Below, piece by piece: positions 27,405-34,965 of a stretch of DNA of 64,000 nucleotides. This DNA is from Dehalococcoidia bacterium. Lineage in GTDB: Bacteria > Chloroflexota > Dehalococcoidia > Lucifugimonadales > UBA3495. Where the stretch lies: the NCBI GenBank assembly GCA_965203975.1, contig CBDBDT010000001.1:648029-712028 (forward strand), read 5' to 3'. The stretch's first letter is position 1. Each line of letters begins with the position of its first letter. Under the pieces are notes generated by a model that was given only the letters and a program-made list of their open reading frames with translations, ran no database searches and was not told the origin of the DNA. A program made the translations under genes and the position numbers.

Positions 27405-29108
27405 CTAAAAAAGTTCATCGATTTCCCGTTCCAGGCGCTCCCGGGGGCTTTCCGACACCACGCCGGTAGGGGGCGCATAGCCCCGGCTGAACTGGGTGTA
27501 GGAGTCCTGGGAGCCGTACTCCCGGGTATGCACCACCACCGGCATCGGGACGGCGTGCCCGAAGATGAGCGCTTGCTGCTTCGCTTCCAGGCGGGAGAGC
27601 ACCCCTCGGAGCTGACGCGCTCCGGCGGTGCCTGCCAGGACGGCGTCAGTGTCCCGGTCGTTGTCCAGCAGGCAGGTGAGGCGGGTGCCCAGCTGGCTCA
27701 TCACCTCGGAGTCGATGGCGCTGGGCCGCTGGTCAATGACCATCAGCGTGACGTTGTACTTGCGCAGCTCCCGGGCGATGGTCCCGAAGATGGTCTGCGA
27801 CGCGACCGCCGGGTTCAGGAACTTGTGGGCTTCCTCGATGACTATGACCACCGGCCGAGGGTCCTTGACCTTCCCGCCCTCGGCCATCTCCTTCAGCTCA
27901 ACATAACGGTTGTGGATGCGCCGGGACAGGAGGTTGCTGAGGAGAATGTAGGCGTTCAGGTCCCGGCCATGCCGCCCGAACTCCAGGACTACGTGCTTTC
28001 CTTTCTCCAGGTGCTCCACGATCCTGGCAGCCGTGTCATAGCGGGTGTTGGCCTGCATGAAATCAAACCGCTTGAACCGGAGCAGGCGGTTGTGCAGCGC
28101 GCCCAGCGCCTGGGCGTTGACCCCGACATCGTTGGCCAGGCCGGCGATGTCCTCGGTACCCTCCATGGACAGGAAGCGTTCCAGCCAGCGCTGCTGCCCG
28201 AACCTCTGCTGCAGGTTGTAGGCCGCGGAGGCCGCCACCTCGGAAAGGTTCAGCGTCTCCCGGAGCAGTTCGATGTCTTCCGGCTCCACCTCCCCGTAAC
28301 CGATGCGCACCACTTCGTCCGCCGAGGTCCCCCGCCAGCGGTCCCGCTCCTCGTCCAGCGTGAAGGTGGAAACGTTGGCCGGGAAAAGCTGTTTCAGGCC
28401 CTTGACCGACACGTTGCGGTCCGAGTCCTGGCCGCTCCAGCCGTATTCGCTGTGCATGTCGAAGATGAGCGTGGACGCCTGCCCCCCCTGGAGGATGCCC
28501 AAGAGGAGCAGCCGGGTCAGGAAGGTCTTGCCCGTGCCGCTCTTGCCGAACACGCCGATGGACCGTTTGACCAGCTCATCCAGGTCCAGGCATACCCTGG
28601 TGTCCATGTCCAGCGGGTTCCCGATCCAGAAGTGCCTCTCGTCTTCCTGTCCGAAAACCAGGTCCACATCCTGCTGGGATGCGGCGTGGGTTGGGGAGAA
28701 GTGGGCCGGGATGGTCTTGGCGGCGACAGGCGCTTCCTGGGAACCCCCCGCGGCAACGGGCATCGTCAGATGGGGCAAGATGTTCACCGTCCCGTAGGCG
28801 ACGGTCCCGGATATCGCCCGGGCCACCAGCGCATCGTCCGCCTCCGGGGGCAAGTGGGACAGGCGGCTGTCGCTGCTGGCCAGGGATACGTCCGTCACGA
28901 CGCCGAAGAACCTCTGGCGTTCTCCCTGGATGGTCACGAAGGAGCCGACCTTCACATCCTCCACGGACACATTCCCGGTGGAGTCCAGCCTGGCCTGCAC
29001 TCCCTGGCTCAGGGAGCCGCCGATGACCTGTCCCAACCGGCGGCCTTCGAGACCCCCTTCCCATGCGCCCGCGCCATTGGGGAACAGCCCGTGGCCGCCG
29101 TCCGTCAC
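27405..29108 (-). CDS. HerA/FtsK-superfamily ATPase (DUF87-type) with N-terminal HAS-barrel
   Basis: Walker A GKSGTGKT (nt 28524..28547) and Walker B VVIVIEEAHKF. N-terminal barrel-like segment LGQVIGG...GSFVTIQGERQRFFGVVTDV. The GTG start overlaps the upstream stop (GTGA). Confidence 0.85.
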   Translation of the reverse strand: MTDGGHGLFPNGAGAWEGGLEGRRLGQVIGGSLSQGVQARLDSTGNVSVEDVKVGSFVTIQGERQRFFGVVTDVSLASSDSRLSHLPPEADDALVARAISGTVAYGTVNILPHLTMPVAAGGSQEAPVAAKTIPAHFSPTHAASQQDVDLVFGQEDERHFWIGNPLDMDTRVCLDLDELVKRSIGVFGKSGTGKTFLTRLLLLGILQGGQASTLIFDMHSEYGWSGQDSDRNVSVKGLKQLFPANVSTFTLDEERDRWRGTSADEVVRIGYGEVEPEDIELLRETLNLSEVAASAAYNLQQRFGQQRWLERFLSMEGTEDIAGLANDVGVNAQALGALHNRLLRFKRFDFMQANTRYDTAARIVEHLEKGKHVVLEFGRHGRDLNAYILLSNLLSRRIHNRYVELKEMAEGGKVKDPRPVVIVIEEAHKFLNPAVASQTIFGTIARELRKYNVTLMVIDQRPSAIDSEVMSQLGTRLTCLLDNDRDTDAVLAGTAGARQLRGVLSRLEAKQQALIFGHAVPMPVVVHTREYGSQDSYTQFSRGYAPPTGVVSESPRERLEREIDELF

Positions 29109-29713
29109 TTTCCAACCCCGGAGAGAATGGTATTGATGCGGGCGACGTCACCGGCCAGTTGCGCCGCCAGCGCCCGCCCCGCCCGTAGGGCCACATCCGG
29201 ACCGTCGGACCGGCCGTCAACCATTCCCAGCAGGCACGACCTGATTACGTCGTCGGAGGCCGGACATTCGGGACGCGCCAAACGGGCCAGGAATCCCGGA
29301 TCGGCGGCGAACATGGCGTATTCTTCATCCCCGCAAGTGTAAACGAAAGCGTGGACCCGTGGCGGCAGGGTCGGCAACCACGGGGCGAACCCCGAGGATC
29401 CCGCGGCGCCGACGGTGACCGCATCAAACCGGGAAGTCAGCAGCCGGGATAGCTGGGGATTTTCCAGCAGTACTTCGTCCTCCGTCTCATGGTCCCGTCC
29501 CCGCGCCAGGACCGGTCGGCTGGGGTCCAGCGGTTCGGTGCGGACATTGTTGACCACTCCATAGATTCCCGGGTGCCCGGCCCGGATGAAACTGCCCAGA
29601 GGCGGCGAGCCATACAGCTCGTAGCATTGGACGGTAAACGAGGTGGAATCTGCGGCGATGACCTCTCCGACCCGCGCCGCCGCTGATTGCTCTCCAGGTT
29701 GACCCACCGTCAT
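29105..29713 (-). CDS. 202-aa protein with stand-alone HAS-barrel-like N-terminus, partner of the HerA-like ATPase
   Basis: ATG 29713 behind GGGAGGGAG. VGEVIAADSTSFTVQ...GSFIRAGHPGIYGVVNNV parallels the ATPase N-terminus. Its stop overlaps the ATPase start. Confidence 0.65.
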   Translation of the reverse strand: MTVGQPGEQSAAARVGEVIAADSTSFTVQCYELYGSPPLGSFIRAGHPGIYGVVNNVRTEPLDPSRPVLARGRDHETEDEVLLENPQLSRLLTSRFDAVTVGAAGSSGFAPWLPTLPPRVHAFVYTCGDEEYAMFAADPGFLARLARPECPASDDVIRSCLLGMVDGRSDGPDVALRAGRALAAQLAGDVARINTILSGVGK

Positions 29714-29757
29714 TTCCGAGTTCGCTCCCTCCCGTTCTGCGGCAGACCCGAACCGTC

Positions 29758-29785
29758 AACCGGACGGGTGTTGACCCGTCCGGTT
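29758..29785. terminator. perfect 12-bp hairpin between ytxH-like gene and the HAS-barrel/HerA pair
   Basis: AACCGGACGGGT-GTTG-ACCCGTCCGGTT. A T-run follows only on the + strand (CTGCGCTTTT). Confidence 0.4.
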
Positions 29786-29844
29786 CTGCGCTTTTGCGAG
29801 ACTGTGGCGGCCACCCGCGGTCCTTGCTAAGGGGTGGCCGTCCT

Positions 29845-30033
29845 TCACTCGGCGGACTGCCGCTCCTCGCGGATCCTGCGGACCCGGTCGATCCCGTCGG
29901 CGATTCCCTGGCGCACCAACTCTCGGGCCTCTTCGCCCGGCTTGGGAGCCAACAGCAGCCCTATTGCCACGCCGACGGCCACGCCGACCACCAGTCCTGC
30001 CACGATGCCCTGTCCATCCGAACTCTTGTACAC
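29845..30033 (-). CDS. YtxH-domain small membrane/stress protein
   Basis: GIVAGLVVGVAVGVAIGLLLAPKPGEEARE pattern. GTG start 9 nt after GGAGG. Confidence 0.7.
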   Translation of the reverse strand: MYKSSDGQGIVAGLVVGVAVGVAIGLLLAPKPGEEARELVRQGIADGIDRVRRIREERQSAE

Positions 30034-30254
30034 TTTCTCATACCTCCAGAATGAATATTGCTGGGAATCGGGGTCACTGTCGGGCCGGAACGCCGGTCAA
30101 ATTCCTGCGCGGCGTGCCGGGCCTTGTGACAGAAACCAGCCCTTGGTTCCGCTGAAGCCGCATGACTTCGTATCCAGATTTTAACATAGGCCAAGCGAAC
30201 AGGTTGCTTTCTGAACGGTATCTTCCCGATGATCGGCCTTCCGCTGTGGTTACC

Positions 30255-30284
30255 TTGACACTCTTCGGAGGCCACGCTTAGAAT
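30255..30284 (+). promoter_or_regulatory. sigma-70-like promoter candidate for DUF2520-panB
   Basis: TTGACA - 18 nt - TAGAAT, about 215 nt upstream of ATG 30502. Confidence 0.4.
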
Positions 30285-30501
30285 TGCCACGCCATCCACC
30301 GGACCGGGGGTGAGCGCGAATGTCTACCCACAACGTCATACCCGTGGGCCGCTGGGATCCTCAGATGACCGAGACGGCCAAGTCCACCAGCCCAACTCCG
30401 CCGCTTCGTGCCTCACCACGTCGTGCCATCCCCGGTGCCGTCGCGGCTCTTGATTCGCGCGTTAGTCTCCCACCGTCAACCTTCCTTCTGGCTGCGCGCG
30501 G

Positions 30502-31407
30502 ATGACTGACCAGCCTTCCCGCATCGGCTTCATTGGAATCGGCTTGCTTGGCCGGGGGCTGGCCCTCGCGCTCTCGGCCAAGGGGTATCTGGTTACCGGG
30601 GCAGCCAGCCGGTCGTTTTCTTCCGCCCAGTGGCTCTCGGAACGGGTGGACGGTTGCCGCGCCTACGGCAGTCCCCAGGCCCTGGCTGACGACTCTGACC
30701 TGGTGTTTATAACCACTCCTGACTCGGTCATCGCTGAAGTAGCCTCCCAGGTCACGTGGCGGAGCGGCCAGGGTGTCGTCCATTGCAGCGGCGCGTCGTC
30801 CACCGAGCTTTTGCGGCCCGCCGCGCTTCAGGGAGCGGCTGTTGGCTCCATGCATCCCTTTCAGACCTTCGCCGGCCTGACCAGGTCCGAAGATGCCGAG
30901 GCCCGCCTTAAAGGGATTGCTTTCGCCGTTGCCGGCGAACTGTGGCTGCCGGCGTACCTGGACCGGATGGCCCGTGCCCTGGGAGGCCATCCCGTCAATA
31001 TCCCGGACCGGGAACGTCCCCTCTACCACGCCTCGGCCATCCTGGGATGCGGGTATCTCGCTGCCCTGTTGCAGGCGGCGGTTGACTGCTGGACCGCCAT
31101 CGGATACACGGAGGAAGAAGCCCTGGCGGCTCTGGTGCCTCTTGCCGGGACCACTATCGAGAATATCGGCCGGAACGGGATCGCGCCCAGCGTCACCGGA
31201 CCCGCCGTGCGGGGCGACTTGTCCACAATGAACACGCACCTGGCAGCCCTGGGAGACGCTGTCCCGTCCGGGGCCCTGGCTTACGGCGCGCTTACATCCG
31301 CTTCCCTGGCCCTGGCCGAGCGGCGGGGCGTACCCCCGGAAGCTGTCGCGGGAATGCGGGCACTGGCCAACCAATTTCTGCGGAGGTGGGATTCATGCCC
31401 AGAGTGA
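30502..31407 (+). CDS. Rossmann-like plus DUF2520 domain protein (candidate ketopantoate reductase role)
   Basis: IGFIGIGLLGRGLALAL dinucleotide fold. Later segments are HPFQTF, LYHASAILG and TGPAVRGD, as in DUF2520 proteins. It overlaps the panB start. Confidence 0.75.
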   Translation: MTDQPSRIGFIGIGLLGRGLALALSAKGYLVTGAASRSFSSAQWLSERVDGCRAYGSPQALADDSDLVFITTPDSVIAEVASQVTWRSGQGVVHCSGASSTELLRPAALQGAAVGSMHPFQTFAGLTRSEDAEARLKGIAFAVAGELWLPAYLDRMARALGGHPVNIPDRERPLYHASAILGCGYLAALLQAAVDCWTAIGYTEEEALAALVPLAGTTIENIGRNGIAPSVTGPAVRGDLSTMNTHLAALGDAVPSGALAYGALTSASLALAERRGVPPEAVAGMRALANQFLRRWDSCPE

Positions 31408-32234
31408 CGATCCGGGACATTGCCCGGATGAAGTCCCGGGGAGAGCGCATCCCCATGATCACCGTCTACGACTACACCTCCGCCCGGTTGGCCGACGCCG
31501 CGGAAATCCCGATAGTGCTGGTGGGCGACAGCCTGGGAATGGTCGTCCTCGGCTACGATTCCACCATTCCGGTGACCATGGACGATATGGTCCATCACAC
31601 CAAGATGGTCGCCCGGGGCTGCCGGCAAGCGCTGATAGTTGCCGACCTGCCCTTCATGACCTACCAGGTGGACCAGGGCCAGGCTTTGACCAACGCCGCC
31701 CGTCTCCTCCAGGAAGGAGGCGCCCAGACGGTAAAGCTGGAGGGGGGCGAAGCCGTGGCGGAGACTGTCCACCGCATCGTCCAGGCTGGAATTCCAGTCA
31801 TGGGCCACATTGGCCTGACGCCCCAATCGGTCAACGCCTTCGGCGGCTTCCGGGTCCAGGGACGCCTCCGGGCCGAAGCGGTGCAGCTGCTCAAGGATGC
31901 CCAGGCCCTCCAGGACGCCGGGGCCTACTCGGTGGTGCTGGAGTTGGTGCCGGCTCCCCTGGCCAGTCTGATATCCCAGAGGCTGGCCATTCCCACCATC
32001 GGCATCGGTGCTGGTCCCGAGTGCGACGGCCAAGTGCAGGTGCTCCATGACATGCTGGGCCTGTTCACCGACTTCATCCCGAAGCACGCCAAGCAGTATG
32101 CAACCCTGGGAGAAGCGATGAAGCAGGCATTCATCGACTATGCCAGGGAGGTGCGGGACGGAGAATTTCCAACGGAGCAGCAGAGTTTCACCATGAGCCA
32201 AGAGGTCCTGGCGGAGCTGACAGTCCCGCAGTGA
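31395..32234 (+). CDS. panB: 3-methyl-2-oxobutanoate hydroxymethyltransferase
   Basis: MITVYDYTSARLADAAEIPIVLVGDSLGMVVLGYDSTIPVTMDDM is a canonical PanB pattern. Confidence 0.95.
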   Translation: MPRVTIRDIARMKSRGERIPMITVYDYTSARLADAAEIPIVLVGDSLGMVVLGYDSTIPVTMDDMVHHTKMVARGCRQALIVADLPFMTYQVDQGQALTNAARLLQEGGAQTVKLEGGEAVAETVHRIVQAGIPVMGHIGLTPQSVNAFGGFRVQGRLRAEAVQLLKDAQALQDAGAYSVVLELVPAPLASLISQRLAIPTIGIGAGPECDGQVQVLHDMLGLFTDFIPKHAKQYATLGEAMKQAFIDYAREVRDGEFPTEQQSFTMSQEVLAELTVPQ

Positions 32235-32254
32235 CCCCCTTCCCGGACGACGAG

Positions 32255-32285
32255 AAAAAGCGCCGCTGGTTGAGCGGCGCTTTTT
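32255..32285. terminator. bidirectional rho-independent terminator (panB / convergent membrane-protein gene)
   Basis: AAAAA-GCGCCGCT-GGTTG-AGCGGCGC-TTTTT. Confidence 0.75.
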
Positions 32286-32313
32286 GATGGCCTTGCGGAG
32301 ATTGGGGCAGGGC

Positions 32314-33078
32314 CTAGTTGACCCGGTTTTCCTCAATGCGTTCCACGAACAACCGGAGCTCGGCGAGCACATCGTCTACCAGCTTGGGCCGGGTCTGCTC
32401 GAATACGAGCTGCTCACTGTCGGAAACCCCGGTGGGGTCCAGTTGCAGCTGAACGTGGTAGGTTCCTTCGGGGTTGCTCAAGGTCACTTCCTGGTTGACC
32501 AGGGCCACCCGCAGCTTGGGTGTGAATATGCTGTGGGTGTAGGGCTGGTCATAGAACTGGGCGACCTGGATGGTGCCGTGTTCCCGGTTGTAGCGGACCA
32601 ACCGCTTGGGGCCAACCGGATAGTGGACGGTTATCTGGGCGTCGTCGAGGGGCTGTCCCTTCAGGTACCCGTCCATCTGGATCGTCCGCACGATAGTGTC
32701 CTGGTTCTGGTTGTAAAGGGCGACGTACATGGTGGTTTGCCGGTTGGTGGTGTCAACCTGGTTGGTGTACCAGACCTGCTGCCCGAATTCGGGGGGAAGG
32801 TTTACCTCCACAAAGCCCTCGCCCAGGACCTCGCCAAAGGTCACGATGGGGATGGGAATGCCGTCCTCGCTGACCTGCTGGGCCGGGACTTCCGGTTCGG
32901 CAGCGGCGGTGTTGACGCCGGATGCAGGCTGGGCGGCGCCGGCCTCGGCCTGGTCGGATCCCGGCAGCAGGAAGGTGAAGGCCAGTCCGCCGACCACCAA
33001 TATCGCAATTACCAGCGCCGAGATCATGATAATCTTGCCGGCTCCTCCCCGCTTCTCCGGAGAACGAGAGACTCTCAT
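32314..33078 (-). CDS. N-terminally membrane-anchored protein with beta-rich extracytoplasmic domain, unknown family
   Basis: Strong SD AAGGAGGA, a single TM (IIMISALVIAILVVGGLAFTFLL), then an Ala/Pro/Glu linker and a ~180-aa domain. It lies 175 bp downstream of the tubulin-like gene on the same strand. Confidence 0.7.
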   Translation of the reverse strand: MRVSRSPEKRGGAGKIIMISALVIAILVVGGLAFTFLLPGSDQAEAGAAQPASGVNTAAAEPEVPAQQVSEDGIPIPIVTFGEVLGEGFVEVNLPPEFGQQVWYTNQVDTTNRQTTMYVALYNQNQDTIVRTIQMDGYLKGQPLDDAQITVHYPVGPKRLVRYNREHGTIQVAQFYDQPYTHSIFTPKLRVALVNQEVTLSNPEGTYHVQLQLDPTGVSDSEQLVFEQTRPKLVDDVLAELRLFVERIEENRVN

Positions 33079-33253
33079 AAGTTCCTCCTTAGTGGATTCT
33101 GACTTGTTGATTCTAACGATGGGGCCGCTCAGAGCTCTTGGACAAGTTGCCTGTCAAGGGCGCGAAAGCGCCGGCCCTTCAATCAAACGATGCGCTCAAA
33201 TGACGCGCTTGAGGGTCCTGCACGCAGGGCCCGTCAGGCTCTGGACTGGGCTG

Positions 33254-34519
33254 TTACAGGTTGGGCAGCAGTTCTCCCGCCCGGGTCACCTCCTCCCACA
33301 GATTCTCGCGGTTGGCCCGCTTGTCCCTGGTCTCGCCCATCATCTCGGTAGCCCGCTTGTAGAACCACTCCACCTTTTCCATGGCGGCCCCTAGGCCGAT
33401 GTTGCAGACCATGACGGTAACGCTGATGGTGTCCGACGTGCGGCCCGGGTAGGTGCCCTTGCGTCGTCCCGCCCCGGGGACCCGGTCCGCGAAGATGGTG
33501 TCCATCATCTCGACGATTTCCTCGGTGGTTTCATGGGGCGGGCCGCTGAACAACCCCAGCACGTTCTGGGCGTCGTACATTATTCGCCCGTCCGCGAGAT
33601 GACCGCACTCGACGGATAGCTCCGCCAGCGCCGAGTGCACCACGTTCTGGGCGCGTTCGATCTGGGCCTTGGAAACCGAGAAATGCCGGTACTTGCCGGC
33701 TCCCGGCCGGAAGCGGCTCAACATCGAGGCGGACGTGTCCTTCTGCGGAGGCACCGAGGATGTGGACACGCCGATGGCCGCCGGGCCCTTGAGGATGCGG
33801 ATCACGTCGTTGGCGTCCAGCACCTCGCCGATATACCGGCGGTCGGTTTCCTCGCCCACGCACATGATGTCCATGAACGAGTCCGCGATGCGCCGGTTGA
33901 TCTGGGCATAGTTCACGCCCAGGGGTTCGTTCTTGCGGACGAACTTCTGGTTGTCCACCAGGAACACCGCGTCGGCGTTGCAGTTTTCCATCACCTTCTT
34001 GATGCAAGTCGCCGTGTTGACCACGCTGTCCGGTTCGTCGTACTGGCTCTCGAAGGGAAGGACCAGCATGCAGTAGACCGGCTTCTTGAACTCTTCCTTG
34101 AGCAGATCGGCCACCACTCCCACCGAGCCTGATCCCGTGCCGCCCGCGGTGGTGGCGCAGACCAGGATGGCGTCAGCCCGGAACACGTCGCCGTGGTCCC
34201 GGATCGTCGACGTTATCTTCCTAGCGTTGCGGCGCGCCTGCTCGGCTCCGTCCGCGTTGACCTTGCCGGCGCCCCTGCCCCGGAACTCGTCGGTGGTCCC
34301 CATCAGGATGGTGTGATCGTCCGTCTGGGGAATGTGGTTGAGACCGTAGAGGTCCCCGGCGCCGAGGTTCATGGCGAAAACGCCGGTGTTGATCGGGTCG
34401 CTGTCCGATCCGGTGAAAATCCGCACGTGCCGGTTCTTCCAGACCCACTCTCCCATGGCAGCAAACTCGTCGGCGATGTTCGAACCGCCTTGGCCGGCTC
34501 CCACGACTACAAACTTCAT
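33254..34519 (-). CDS. divergent tubulin/FtsZ-superfamily GTPase (tubulin-type signature)
   Basis: T1-like VVGAGQGGSNIADEF (nt 34484..34501). CATTAGGTGSGSVG (nt 34127..34147) matches [SAG]-G-G-T-G-[SA]-G. A T7-like VLDANDV lies ~105 aa further on. SD AAGGAGTGAGG. Confidence 0.8.
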   Translation of the reverse strand: MKFVVVGAGQGGSNIADEFAAMGEWVWKNRHVRIFTGSDSDPINTGVFAMNLGAGDLYGLNHIPQTDDHTILMGTTDEFRGRGAGKVNADGAEQARRNARKITSTIRDHGDVFRADAILVCATTAGGTGSGSVGVVADLLKEEFKKPVYCMLVLPFESQYDEPDSVVNTATCIKKVMENCNADAVFLVDNQKFVRKNEPLGVNYAQINRRIADSFMDIMCVGEETDRRYIGEVLDANDVIRILKGPAAIGVSTSSVPPQKDTSASMLSRFRPGAGKYRHFSVSKAQIERAQNVVHSALAELSVECGHLADGRIMYDAQNVLGLFSGPPHETTEEIVEMMDTIFADRVPGAGRRKGTYPGRTSDTISVTVMVCNIGLGAAMEKVEWFYKRATEMMGETRDKRANRENLWEEVTRAGELLPNL

Positions 34520-34965
34520 ACCTCACTCCTTGCGCTGCCCGGCCCGCGATGTTTGCCTGTTGGCCCCAACCCCACTTGCCGACAACAATAAAATAAGACT
34601 GGCAGGAACGAATACTGCTGGCTACCTGCGGGGGATTGTACATAACCTCTTGCCCGGATTTGCTAGAGGATTTTTGCCAAGTTTCGCCGCGTTTGCGAAT
34701 CGGCCGGTATCTTTTCCGTTCCGGTGCCTTTCCAGCGATTGAGTTGGGATGGGCGGGGCCGGTCGCTGTCGGAGAAAATTGCAAAACCCGGACCCAAGCT
34801 ATAGTGGCAACGGACTACGTCAGTAGCGTTGCTGAAGTCGTTTCCATGGAAGGTTGGGGCGCCAGGGTGAAGAATCGGATCAGCTGAGGTGTATCCGTCT
34901 TATATGGGCTGGCACAGTGGGATTATTATCAGGGATTGGCTAGGTGGAACTTATCAATCTGCCCG

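Noticed and set aside
27396-29342. 648-aa plus-strand ORF opposite the HerA-like gene
   Set aside because: This is a shadow ORF. It has no recognisable motif and its composition is dominated by G/A/R/P/V. The minus strand has Walker A/B motifs and SD-linked, overlapping gene junctions.
29105-29713. Small HerA partner as a NurA nuclease
   Set aside because: At 202 aa it is far shorter than NurA (~330-450 aa). It also lacks an N-terminal catalytic Asp-containing RNase-H-like motif that I can see, and its N-terminus resembles a HAS barrel instead.
33254-34519. Annotating the tubulin-like gene simply as ftsZ
   Set aside because: The signature is AGGTGSG rather than GGGTGTG. The protein has no C-terminal FtsA/ZipA-binding-type tail that I recognise. 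There is no dcw-cluster context.
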